A stretch of DNA of 63,940 nt, the filler included, from Deltaproteobacteria bacterium (lineage in GTDB: Bacteria > JAUYMQ01): the NCBI GenBank assembly GCA_030698575.1. It is 10 parts of 10 records of this genome, joined end to end, with 100 filler letters (N's around TTAATTAATTAA, not from the genome) between each part and the next. Parts side by side here need not be neighbours in the genome. Positions count along the whole stretch, not along the records: positions 28,627 to 37,373 come from JAUYMQ010000628.1; positions 37,474 to 42,408 come from JAUYMQ010000633.1; 8 more parts are not named here. One strand, 5' to 3'. The notes below the pieces were generated by a model. The model was not told where the DNA came from. It ran no database searches and saw only the letters and a list, made by a program, of their open reading frames with translations. The position numbers and the translations under genes were made by a program. Positions 28,527 to 37,720 of the stretch are shown in pieces (position 1 is the stretch's first letter; each line of letters starts with the position of its first letter).

Positions 28527-28626
28527 NNNNNNNNNNNNNNNNNNNNNNNNNNNNNNNNNNNNNNNNNNNNTTAATTAATTAANNNNNNNNNNNNNNNNNN
28601 NNNNNNNNNNNNNNNNNNNNNNNNNN

Positions 28627-28957
28627 CGTCGACTACGCGCGCGCCTACATGGAGTTGCAGATGATGACCAACGCCGCCAGCGAGGGCGCGCGAATGGCCA
28701 TCATCTCCTCGGATCCCTCCGTGACGGATGCAAGCGTCGAGAATCTCGTGATCAGCTTTTTTAACAACCCGCCGCCTCCCACCTTGGATGTCGTCGTCGA
28801 TCCGCCTCTTGCGGGGACGTCGTCCGGAGACGTTGTCAGTGTGCGGGTCAGCCAGGACTTCGATCCGATCTTCCTCGGTTTCTTTAAATGGTTCGATTCG
28901 GATCTGGGATTCATACCCAGTACGCTGAGTTATGCGGCGTCCGGTCGTAGAATGTGA
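28627..28957 (+). CDS. tadE: TadE-like pseudopilin (5' truncated)
   Basis: VDYARAY....TNAASEGARMA motif. Confidence 0.8.
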
Positions 28958-29167
28958 TGTAAAGGAAATATCCTTCTTCCGCCCTTCCTACCGGAAGGGG
29001 CGCCCAGCGGGGGTTGGGTCTCCGGAAGCAGGCCGCCGAGCCGTTTGCAGTCGCCGGTGTGAACGGGCGCCCTGGATCTCCAGAAGGCGCCCGTGCATGT
29101 TCCGGCGGGTGCAAGGGCTTTATCAGGCGTAAGAGGATCCGCACCAGGGGTCGTTTGGAGGGACACC

Positions 29168-30409
29168 ATGATCAGGTCCGATGACAGCCACGGAAACTTC
29201 CGGGTTTGCGCCCGGAAGGGCGGGAGCGAGCGGGGCGCGGTGGCCATCATCGTTGCGGTCTCCATGTTCGCCCTCGTTGCCCTCATACTTCTTGCAGTCC
29301 AGGTCGGGACCATCGGGACCGTCCGCGCGCTCCTCCAGGGGAGCGCCGACGAGGCCGCGATGGCGGGAGCGTCGCAGCTCGACGGCACCGACGCAGGCCT
29401 TTCGGACGCGAACACCCAGGCGATGAGCATCCTTTCGGGCGGCAAGAACTTCCCGAGCGCGATGAACGAGGGGAGCGATCTCAGCATCGCGGGTGACGCC
29501 TTCGAGACCGGCACCTGGGATCTGCTGAATCCCCAGAATGGCTTCACCCCCAGCACGGATGCGGAGGTGGCAAACGCCGTCCGGGTGCGAGGGCGCAAGC
29601 TCAGCAGCCTGAACGGGCCTGTCGACATGTTCCTCGGCGGCGTCTTCGGTCCGGATACGGTCGGACTCTTCCGGACGGGCATCGCGGCGCTCGGGGTGGC
29701 GTCCTCGACCTCCTGCCCGCCCGATCTCCCCATCGCGATCTGTAAACAGGAGATCCCGTGCGGCGAGAAGATCAGAATTCTCCAGACGCCGAGCCCGGTC
29801 GACAATGCCGGCTGGTGGACCTTCCCCGAGGACGTTTCGGTGAACTCGAACGAACTCAAGGGGCTGGTCAAGAATTGCGGCACCGTACCGAAGGTGCGCA
29901 CGGGCGAATGCATCAATCTGGGCAACGGCCAGAACACCAGCGTCTATCAGAAACTCTCAGATCGATTGAAAGAGTACAACGCAACACACGCCTGCGGTTC
30001 GGGAAACGTCCTTCTGCCGGATCCCGAGAACCCCAGCTGCGAGAGCTGCGGCGTGGCGACGGCGGGCGATCCGATCGACATCAACGGCGACGGCGTTGTG
30101 AACGACCAGGACTGCGGGATGCCGACCGTCATCCCGATGATCCCCTGCGACGCCAACATCGCCAACGACTGCAGCAACGATCCCGACACTCTCAGTAACT
30201 TCAACCAGGCGCGCCAGGTCTCGGGCTTCGTCTATTTCGTGATCACGGCGGTGAAGGACCAGGCCTCGCCCAAGTACGTGGATGGATATGGCATCTGTGG
30301 CGTCACCCTCCCCGATACCCCCACAGGGCCTGGGCCGAGCTGCAGCCCCACGGACCCGAGCGCCTGCGCGACGGAGCCGATCCTTGTGAACGCGAATCTC
30401 CGCGACTAG
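29168..30409 (+). CDS. tadG: TadG-like Tad pilus protein with a Cys-rich C-terminal region
   Basis: ERGAVAIIVA prepilin-like site, LQGSADEAAMAGA, ANAVRV; 14 Cys in the C-terminal half. Confidence 0.8.
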   Translation: MIRSDDSHGNFRVCARKGGSERGAVAIIVAVSMFALVALILLAVQVGTIGTVRALLQGSADEAAMAGASQLDGTDAGLSDANTQAMSILSGGKNFPSAMNEGSDLSIAGDAFETGTWDLLNPQNGFTPSTDAEVANAVRVRGRKLSSLNGPVDMFLGGVFGPDTVGLFRTGIAALGVASSTSCPPDLPIAICKQEIPCGEKIRILQTPSPVDNAGWWTFPEDVSVNSNELKGLVKNCGTVPKVRTGECINLGNGQNTSVYQKLSDRLKEYNATHACGSGNVLLPDPENPSCESCGVATAGDPIDINGDGVVNDQDCGMPTVIPMIPCDANIANDCSNDPDTLSNFNQARQVSGFVYFVITAVKDQASPKYVDGYGICGVTLPDTPTGPGPSCSPTDPSACATEPILVNANLRD

Positions 30410-30430
30410 CGCGCGGACCTTCCGGGAACG

Positions 30431-30465
30431 GGCCCGCCGGGACTTTCCCGGCGGGCCGTTTCTTT
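30431..30465 (+). terminator. Rho-independent terminator
   Basis: GGCCCGCCGGGA-CTT-TCCCGGCGGGCC followed by GTTTCTTT. Confidence 0.85.
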
Positions 30466-30624
30466 GTCCGCGACGGGGGGCGAGTCCGGGGATGCGACTT
30501 GCTTGCGCCGGGTGGGTGGGCAATATTGCATGGGAAGCACGGGGCTCCGGCGGCATGGCCGCCGCCCCGGGTTCGCCGAGTGCGGGTCTGTCCGGCCGGA
30601 GCGGGCAGTCATTCGAGAGGAAGC

Positions 30625-32655
30625 ATGAGCGCTGAGACGAAGGAAGGCGCCGTAGGGCACCAGATCGTTGGGAAGGGCGGGCAGCCCGAGAGAGAGCAGC
30701 CCTGGATCTTCCGGACCTACGCGGGCCACACGAGCGCCCGGGCTTCGAACGATCTCTACCGCGCGAATCTCGAGAAGGGGCAGACCGGCCTCTCGATAGC
30801 TTTCGATCTGCCCACCCAGTGCGGCTACGACTCCGATCATCCCATCGCCCGCCCCGAGGCGGGAAAGGTGGGCGTGCCGATCAATTCCATCGAGGACTTC
30901 CACATCCTCTTCGAGCAGATCCCGCTCGAAAAGATGAATACCTCGATGACGATCAACGCCACGGCCATGTGGCTCCTCGCCCTCTACGTGGGGGTGGCGC
31001 GCGAACGGGGCGTGGATCAGTCGCTCCTCATCGGGACGACGCAGAACGACATCATCAAGGAATATCTCGCGCGCGGCACCTACATCTTTCCGCCCGAAGC
31101 CAGCATGCGGATGATCGCGCAGATGTACGAATACTGCCTCGAGAAGATCCCCAACTGGAACCCCTCGAACATCTGCTCCTATCACCTGCAGGAGGCCGGC
31201 GCGACGCCTGCACAGGAGCTGGCCTTCGCCCTGGCGACCGCCATCGGGATCCTCGATCTGATCAAGGAGCGAGGGAAGTTCACCGAGGAACAGTTCGAGC
31301 GATCCGTGGGCCGCATCAGCTTTTTTGTGAACGCGGGAATCCGGTTCATCGAGGAAACGTGCAAGATGCGCGCTTTCACGGAGCTGTGGGATGAATTCAC
31401 GGCGGATCGCTTTGGCGTGAAGAACGAGAAGTACCGCCGCTTTCGCTACGGCGTCCAGGTCAACTCGCTCGGCCTCACCGAGAACCAGCCCGAGAACAAC
31501 GCCTGGCGCATCCTGCTCGAGACCCTCGGCGTGACCCTCAGCCGCAACGCGCGCTGCCGCGCGCTTCAGCTTCCTTGCTGGAACGAGGCGATGAGCCTGC
31601 CCCGCCCCTGGGACCAGCAGTGGTCGCTTCGCCTCCAGCAGATCCTCGCCTACGAGACGGATCTTCTCGAGTACCCCGACATCTTCGACGGCAGCCCCGT
31701 CATCCGATCGAAAGTTGACGACTTGAAGAAGGAGGCCCGGCTGGAAATCGGGAAGATTCTCGACATGGGTGGCGTGCGCCCGGCGATCGAATCGGGATAC
31801 ATGAAGTCGGCGCTCGTTCAATCGATGGCGGAGCGGGTGCGAAAGATCAACACGGGCGAAATGACCGTCGTGGGCGTGAACCGCTGGACCGAGGGGATAC
31901 CCTCGCCGCTTCTCTCGGGGAATGACGGCGGACTCTTCAAGATCGACGACGCGTCGGTGAAGGAAACCATCGATGCGCTCGACAAGGTCCGCAAGAATCG
32001 CGACGAGAAGCGCGCCCGGAAAGCGCTCGATGTTCTCAGGAAGGCGGCGCGCGAAGGCCTGGACATGATGGAGCCCTCGATCGAATGCGCTCTGGCGCGC
32101 GTCACCACAGGGGAGTGGGCGGGCGCGCTGCGCGAGGTGTTCGGCGAGTACCGGCCCGCGACAGGCATTGAGGGCCAGCACCTGGGCCTCGAGAACGAGC
32201 GCGTGGCTGCGATCCGGGCGCGCATCGACCGGCTCGTCGGGGAGCTGGGGCGCCGCCCGCGGATCATCGTCGGAAAACCCGGGCTCGATGGCCACTCGAA
32301 CGGCGCGGAGGTCATCGCCGTGTCGGCCCGGCACGTCGGCTTCGACGTGATCTACTCCGGTATCCGCCTCTCCCCGGAGGAGATCGTGCAATCCGCGGTG
32401 GAGGAGGGGGCCGATCTCATCGGCGTCTCCGTGCTGAGCGGCTCGCACCTGGAGCTGGCCCGCCAGATCATGAATGAGCTCCGGAAAGCCGGCGCGGAAA
32501 AGCGAATCAACGTCGTCCTGGGGGGAATTGTTCCTTCAGGAGACTTCGAAGCCCTGGAGAAGATCGGCATCAAGCGCATCTTCACGCCAGCGGACTTCGG
32601 GCTGGCGGACATCATGGACCAGCTCGTCGGCCTTCTGGAAGAGTCGCCTGAATGA
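30625..32655 (+). CDS. ecm: Ethylmalonyl-CoA mutase (MeaA/Ecm), B12-dependent
   Basis: WIFRTYAGH, GQTGLSIAFDLPTQ.GYD, SMTINATA, RYGVQVNSLGLTE.QPENN, GKPGLDGHSNGA. Confidence 0.88.
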   Translation: MSAETKEGAVGHQIVGKGGQPEREQPWIFRTYAGHTSARASNDLYRANLEKGQTGLSIAFDLPTQCGYDSDHPIARPEAGKVGVPINSIEDFHILFEQIPLEKMNTSMTINATAMWLLALYVGVARERGVDQSLLIGTTQNDIIKEYLARGTYIFPPEASMRMIAQMYEYCLEKIPNWNPSNICSYHLQEAGATPAQELAFALATAIGILDLIKERGKFTEEQFERSVGRISFFVNAGIRFIEETCKMRAFTELWDEFTADRFGVKNEKYRRFRYGVQVNSLGLTENQPENNAWRILLETLGVTLSRNARCRALQLPCWNEAMSLPRPWDQQWSLRLQQILAYETDLLEYPDIFDGSPVIRSKVDDLKKEARLEIGKILDMGGVRPAIESGYMKSALVQSMAERVRKINTGEMTVVGVNRWTEGIPSPLLSGNDGGLFKIDDASVKETIDALDKVRKNRDEKRARKALDVLRKAAREGLDMMEPSIECALARVTTGEWAGALREVFGEYRPATGIEGQHLGLENERVAAIRARIDRLVGELGRRPRIIVGKPGLDGHSNGAEVIAVSARHVGFDVIYSGIRLSPEEIVQSAVEEGADLIGVSVLSGSHLELARQIMNELRKAGAEKRINVVLGGIVPSGDFEALEKIGIKRIFTPADFGLADIMDQLVGLLEESPE

Positions 32656-33620
32656 AGGAGCAGGTCGAGAAGGCGCTGGCGCACGATCGCTACGCCGTCT
32701 CGAAGCTCATATCGATCTTCGAGGACTCCCGCCCCGAAGCCCTCGGGCAGCGGGCCGAAGCGCTGGCCCTGCTCGAGCGGCACCCCGGCCGGCGCAGCGG
32801 CACCATTCTCGGCGTGACCGGCGCCCCTGGTTGCGGCAAATCCACGCTCATCGGCGCGCTCGCCCTGCGCATGGCGGAACTCGATCCCGACATTTCCGTC
32901 GCGGTTCTCGCCGTCGATCCCTCGAGCCCCAAGTCGGGTGGCGCCTTGCTGGGCGACCGCACCCGCGTGCGATTCCCGCCTGACACCCAGCGGCTGTTTT
33001 TCAGAAGCCAGGCCACCGCCACCGAACTGGGCGGCCTCGGCCCTGGCAGCTTCCACGTCTGCCGGCTCATGCACCTGCTTTTCGGCGCTGTTTTCATCGA
33101 AACTGTTGGCATCGGGCAGAGCGAGCTTGATGTGCGCTATCTGGCTGATCGCCTCTACCTCGTTCTCCAGCCCCTGGGGGGCGACGAGATCCAGTTCATG
33201 AAGGCGGGCATCATGGAGGTGCCCGACGCCATCATCCTGAACAAATGCGATCAAGGCGAGGCCGCGCAGCGGAGCTACCACGCTCTGAAGAGCAGCCTCA
33301 CCCTCGCCCGGCCCTTCGAGCCCGAACCGATTCCCGTGTATCAGGTGAGCGGCAAGACCGGAGAGGGGATCGAAGGGCTGGCCCGGGACATGCTTGACGC
33401 CGCGCGGAAGCCCGGCGCTGCCGGCATGGCGGCCAAGGAAGACTACTTCTTCGCGAAGTGGGTGCGGGACGAGTGGGGAAGGATGGGGACCGAATTCCTG
33501 AGTGATCAGGTCGGAGGGCCCCGCGGATTTCTCGATCGGGCGAAGAGCTTCGATGCCGCCCAGGCCGATTTCTCGAGCGGCGTCCGCGCCTGGCTCGCGA
33601 AACCACGGAAGGGCGAATAG
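32652..33620 (+). CDS. meaB: MeaB-family GTPase chaperone
   Basis: GVTGAPGCGKSTL, VDPSSPKSGGALLGDR, ETVGIGQSE, GDEIQFMKAGIME, NKCD. Confidence 0.9.
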   Translation: MKEQVEKALAHDRYAVSKLISIFEDSRPEALGQRAEALALLERHPGRRSGTILGVTGAPGCGKSTLIGALALRMAELDPDISVAVLAVDPSSPKSGGALLGDRTRVRFPPDTQRLFFRSQATATELGGLGPGSFHVCRLMHLLFGAVFIETVGIGQSELDVRYLADRLYLVLQPLGGDEIQFMKAGIMEVPDAIILNKCDQGEAAQRSYHALKSSLTLARPFEPEPIPVYQVSGKTGEGIEGLARDMLDAARKPGAAGMAAKEDYFFAKWVRDEWGRMGTEFLSDQVGGPRGFLDRAKSFDAAQADFSSGVRAWLAKPRKGE

Positions 33621-33621
33621 C

Positions 33622-33810
33622 ATGAATCGTTATGTTCTCTACGCCATCCTCGCGTTTCTCTTCATCTTCACGCTTCAGAACTACAGGGCGGTGGAAATAA
33701 GCTTCCTCTTCTGGTCTCTCGAGCTCAGCGCTTCCATTCTCATTTTTGTGGTTCTTCTGGCGGGTTGCCTGGTGGGCTACCTGTTCCGCTCCCGCGGCCA
33801 GGGCGGCTGA
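33622..33810 (+). CDS. LapA-like small membrane protein
   Basis: IFTLQN...V.ISFLFW pattern; two TM segments. Confidence 0.8.
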   Translation: MNRYVLYAILAFLFIFTLQNYRAVEISFLFWSLELSASILIFVVLLAGCLVGYLFRSRGQGG

Positions 33811-33838
33811 GCGAAGGGACGAGATCTTGCCGGTACCC

Positions 33839-35458
33839 ATGATTGCGGCGCTCCTCGGAGGGATTGGCCTCTTCCTCCTGGGCATGCGGCTCATGACGGA
33901 GGGGCTGAAGCTCGCCACGGGCCGGGCGCTACGCGGCATCCTCATCCGCTCCACGGGAACCCGCCTGCGGGGAGTCCTCTCAGGCGCCCTGATCACCTCC
34001 ATCGTGCAGTCCTCCAGTGCAGTTACCGTGGCTACCATCGGATTCGTCAACGCGGGGATTCTCTCCCTCGCCCAGGCGATCGCGATCATCTACGGCAGCA
34101 ACGTCGGGACGACCGCGACCGCCTGGATCGTCGCGCTCGTCGGCTTCCACGTGAACATCAAGGCCCTTGCCCTGCCAGCCGTGGGCCTGGGGATGCTCCT
34201 GTCGATGATGGGCCGGGAGGCGCGCTGGCGGGCCGCCGGACAGGCCGTGGCAGGCCTCGGCGTTTTCTTCCTCGGGATCGATGTGCTGCAAAACGCCTTC
34301 CAGGGGCTGGGGGAGGGGATGCGTCTCGACGGGGTCCCGGCCGACGGAATGCCCGGCCTGCTGGCGTTCCTTGCGGTCGGTTTCCTGCTCACGCTTCTGA
34401 CCCAATCCTCGAGCGCTGCGCTTGCCATCACGCTCACGGCGGCCGCCGGGCAGGTGATCCCCATCGAGAGCGCCGCTGCGGCCGTCATCGGCGCCAATGT
34501 CGGCACGACTTCCACGGCGGCGCTGTCGGCGCTTGGCGCGACGCCGAATGCGAAGCGGGCCGCAGGCGCCCATCTTGCCTTCAATGTGCTCACGGGGGCT
34601 GTCGCACTGCTGCTGCTTCCCTGGCTGGTTCCGGCGCTCGTGCGTCTTCGAATCGGACTCGGCTTCGAAGCGGCGCCCGCCGCGGTTCTGGCGCTGTTCC
34701 ATACCACTTTCAACGTGCTGGGAATCCTGCTGCTGTGGCCCTTCACGGACAGGCTCGTCCGTTACCTCCAGACCCGCTTCCGGAGCCAGGAGGAAAACGA
34801 GTCCAGGCCCGTCTACCTGGACCGGAACGTGCTCGCCGCCCCGAGCCTCGCAGTCCAGGCGCTTACCATGGAATTGCGGAGGATCGGCTCGATCGCTTTG
34901 CGCATGGCGAAGGGGGTCCAGAGCATCGAGGGACCGGCCGGGTCGGCGCTGGCGAGCGATCGGAACGTGATTGACGCCCTGGTCGAGGCAGTGGGCGGCT
35001 TCAGCAATCTCATTCAGCGGGGACAGGTTCCGAAGGATCTGGAAGATGCGCTCCCGAACGCACTCCGCGTCTCTAGGTACTACTCGGAGCTGGCCGAGCT
35101 GGCGACCAACGTGGCCGTGGAGCAGGCGGTCCTGGAACCGATCGAGCACCCCGAGCTCGCAGCTGAGCAAGCCGGCTTCAGAAGGCTCGTCGTCGAGATG
35201 CTCGAGCGCGCGGAGGTCGGATCGAAGGATTTCTCGCTGGATGACTGCGCGGCGGCGCTAGCGGAGGTGGAGGAGGCTTACCAGGCCATGAAGAACAGCT
35301 TCCTTCGCGCGGGCACGCGGGGGGAACTGCGAGTAAGGGCCATGGTGGACGTTCTCGATCTCTACAGCGACATCCGGCGGATGGCGCAGCAGGCGGAGAA
35401 GGGGGCGCTCCAGCTGGCAAGCCTCGAAGCCTTCTCGCGGGACGAGAACGCTCGCTAG
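33839..35458 (+). CDS. Na/Pi cotransporter family protein with PhoU-like C-terminus
   Basis: GGIGLFLLGM.LMTEGL, QSSS x2, GSNVGTT/GANVGTT, HTTFN. Confidence 0.92.
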   Translation: MIAALLGGIGLFLLGMRLMTEGLKLATGRALRGILIRSTGTRLRGVLSGALITSIVQSSSAVTVATIGFVNAGILSLAQAIAIIYGSNVGTTATAWIVALVGFHVNIKALALPAVGLGMLLSMMGREARWRAAGQAVAGLGVFFLGIDVLQNAFQGLGEGMRLDGVPADGMPGLLAFLAVGFLLTLLTQSSSAALAITLTAAAGQVIPIESAAAAVIGANVGTTSTAALSALGATPNAKRAAGAHLAFNVLTGAVALLLLPWLVPALVRLRIGLGFEAAPAAVLALFHTTFNVLGILLLWPFTDRLVRYLQTRFRSQEENESRPVYLDRNVLAAPSLAVQALTMELRRIGSIALRMAKGVQSIEGPAGSALASDRNVIDALVEAVGGFSNLIQRGQVPKDLEDALPNALRVSRYYSELAELATNVAVEQAVLEPIEHPELAAEQAGFRRLVVEMLERAEVGSKDFSLDDCAAALAEVEEAYQAMKNSFLRAGTRGELRVRAMVDVLDLYSDIRRMAQQAEKGALQLASLEAFSRDENAR

Positions 35459-35925
35459 AAGCCCTCGCGCTTCAGCTTTGCGCGCGTGGCCATCGCCGCC
35501 GCCTCCTGGACGATCTCTGCCTCGATGGTTCCGGCCAGGTCCGCCATCTCCTGGCCGAGGAGGAGCAGTACGTCGTCGAGCGAGACGATACCGACCAGCC
35601 GTCCTTCTTCGTCGACGATGGGAATGCGGCGCACGCCGTAGTGGTGCATCTTGCGAGTGACGTCGTGCAGCGTCTCCTTCACTGACGCCGTCCGGATGGG
35701 AGCGCGGACAAGCCCCTCGATCGTCGCTTTGCGCGGATCGCCACCCTCCGCCAGAAGGACCACGAGATCACGGTCAGTGATGATTCCGAGGGGCGAGTTG
35801 TCGTGCGGGCTGGTGACTACCACCGCGCCCACCGAGAACTCGACCATCTCCCGGGCCGCCTCGGTCACGGTGCTCGTCGGATGCACGGTGCGGACGGGCC
35901 GCCGGGTCAGTTTTTCCAGGGACAT
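35455..35925 (-). CDS. CBS-pair protein
   Basis: VGAVVV..GIITDRDLV..GVRRIPIVDEEGRLVGIVSLDD; GAGGAGG SD. Confidence 0.9.
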   Translation of the reverse strand: MSLEKLTRRPVRTVHPTSTVTEAAREMVEFSVGAVVVTSPHDNSPLGIITDRDLVVLLAEGGDPRKATIEGLVRAPIRTASVKETLHDVTRKMHHYGVRRIPIVDEEGRLVGIVSLDDVLLLLGQEMADLAGTIEAEIVQEAAAMATRAKLKREGF

Positions 35926-36096
35926 GGCCTTTCCTCCTCTGGAAGGGGCATGCGCGTTCGAGGGGCTCCGGCCGGACGGCCGGAACCGCCCCCGATCCTC
36001 TTTCCTAGCAAGCCCCGTGCCGAGAGGATCGGCCCCTGATTCCGGGCGGTCAAGCGGGCAGGGACGTGCAATCTCGTCAGTCATCGCCCCAGCGGA

Positions 36097-36182
36097 TGCA
36101 ATATTTTCACCATTGGAGACCTGTCAGCGAGAGAAATCCCGCGATGTTTCGCGATCCCATTGGCGGCGGCGACAAACTTGCA
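36097..36182. promoter_or_regulatory. Back-to-back sigma54-like -24/-12 elements
   Basis: Minus strand TGGTGAAAATATTGCA (36112-36097) and plus strand CGGCGACAAACTTGCA (36167-36182), both with GG-N10-GC spacing. Confidence 0.5.
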
Positions 36183-36270
36183 TCAGGCTATAGAAGTGGG
36201 GGATCGTGATGGGGCGGCTTCCGGCCGTATCCAGAACCAAACAGGCTGCATCATGAAAAGGAGATAAAAG

Positions 36271-36474
36271 ATGCATCGCTCGGAGATGGAGGCCAGGGTT
36301 CCCTGCGCCGGTTGCGGCGCCGCGATAGCCGATGACAGCCGGTCCTTCGCCTTCGGCGAGAACCAGCTGCTGTGCTGGGGGTGCGCGCTACGCAGGGGCG
36401 GATCTTTCGATGCGGAAGAAGACCAGTGGTCAACGGATCCGCGCACCGACGACCTGATGGCTGAAGAAAGCTGA
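36271..36474 (+). CDS. Small Zn-finger-like protein
   Basis: AGGAG SD; CAGC...CWGC. Confidence 0.65.
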   Translation: MHRSEMEARVPCAGCGAAIADDSRSFAFGENQLLCWGCALRRGGSFDAEEDQWSTDPRTDDLMAEES

Positions 36475-36521
36475 GAATCGCAACAAGAGTCATGCCGCCT
36501 CGTGCGGGCAAGGAGCCATGG

Positions 36522-37064
36522 ATGGAGATTCACTGGAGGAACAGCAACGGGATTCCGAAGGCTGCGATCGACAAGATAGAAGCGCGGCTTCAGGCGCTGG
36601 CCGAGAGCCATGGGGACCTCATCGACGTCCGGATCAGCATCAAGCCCACGGCCCACCATCGGCACGGCGGCCACGAGGTGACGATTGCCTGCCATGCGAG
36701 AAGAAAGGAGATCGTGGCGGCCCGCATCCGCCCGGAGGTCGGGCTGGCGCTGACCGAGGCTGTCGACGCCCTCGAGAAGCAAGTCCACAAGCTGAGGCAG
36801 AAGCGTCGCAGCAAGCGCACCGAGCGGCCCGCAGCGCCGCCCTACCTCGGCATCGTCGATTCGGTCAATCGCGAGGAAGGATACGGCTTCATACTCACGG
36901 ACGACGGGGAGAAGGTGTACTTCCACAGGAACGCGGTGCACGGCGGGCTTGCCTTCGACCATCTCGAGGAAGGGCTGCGGGTGGCGCTGAACGTCGAGCC
37001 CGGCGAGAAGGGGCCCCAGGCCACCACGGTGGACAGCGCGCCGCCGGATGCGCCCGTTCCCTGA
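36522..37064 (+). CDS. HPF/RaiA-like ribosome-associated protein fused to a cold-shock domain
   Basis: N-terminal HPF-like region (DKIEARL..L..HHRHG..A.DALEKQ); C-terminal EGYGFI.TDDGEKVYFHRNAV..GEKGPQA. Confidence 0.88.
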   Translation: MEIHWRNSNGIPKAAIDKIEARLQALAESHGDLIDVRISIKPTAHHRHGGHEVTIACHARRKEIVAARIRPEVGLALTEAVDALEKQVHKLRQKRRSKRTERPAAPPYLGIVDSVNREEGYGFILTDDGEKVYFHRNAVHGGLAFDHLEEGLRVALNVEPGEKGPQATTVDSAPPDAPVP

Positions 37065-37124
37065 GGCTTGAGGGGAGCGCCTGCCCAGCCCGCACCGTCA
37101 GCGACTTCAGACTAGACTAAAGCA

Positions 37125-37153
37125 AGGGCCCCCGGCCTTCCGGCAGGGGGCCC
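37125..37153. terminator. Hairpin between convergent genes
   Basis: GGGCCCCC-GGCCTTCCGGCA-GGGGGCCC, preceded by an A-rich run. Confidence 0.6.
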
Positions 37154-37178
37154 ACGCTTGTCGGGCGCCTTCGTGAAC

Positions 37179-37373
37179 CTACTTGGTGTAGGCCTTGAAG
37201 GGGCCGTCCGCCCAGGTGTAGGCGGAAAGATCCTTCTGTCCCTTCGCCGACGGGTGGAAGCAGTCGAAGGGAGAGACCTGGTCGGGAGTGAACGTCGTGT
37301 CGAACGTCACGGTGGTGTACTGGTAGTAGTGGTGCGTGTCGTTCGCGTTGAATTCGTTCACCAGGTTCTGAAG
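37179..37373 (-). CDS. C-terminus of an SGNH/GDSL hydrolase (partial)
   Basis: Block V motif DCFHPS..GQ..L...TW. Confidence 0.7.
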   Translation of the reverse strand, partial: LQNLVNEFNANDTHHYYQYTTVTFDTTFTPDQVSPFDCFHPSAKGQKDLSAYTWADGPFKAYTK

Positions 37374-37473
37374 NNNNNNNNNNNNNNNNNNNNNNNNNNN
37401 NNNNNNNNNNNNNNNNNTTAATTAATTAANNNNNNNNNNNNNNNNNNNNNNNNNNNNNNNNNNNNNNNNNNNN

Positions 37474-37713
37474 ATCGTCACCCTCGGGTTCCTCGGCCTC
37501 TTCTACCAGCGATGCCTCGCCGGCGAGTCCAGAGCCGAGCGGGCGCTGTTCGCCGCGGGGACGCTGCTCTTCGCGGCGGCCATTCTGGCCGAAGTTGTCG
37601 GCATGCAGCTTCGCGAGAGCGCTTACTACGCTGCGTTCCTTCTCTCCGAGGAATCCAGCGAGATGCTCGGGGCGACGGCGTTTCTGGGCTGGGCAGTCGG
37701 AACGAGGAGGTAG
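37474..37713 (+). CDS. C-terminus of a multi-pass membrane protein (partial)
   Basis: Manual translation IVTLGFLGLFY...EESSEMLGATAFLGWAVGTRR*. Confidence 0.55.
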   Translation: MVTLGFLGLFYQRCLAGESRAERALFAAGTLLFAAAILAEVVGMQLRESAYYAAFLLSEESSEMLGATAFLGWAVGTRR

Positions 37714-37720
37714 GCGCGCT

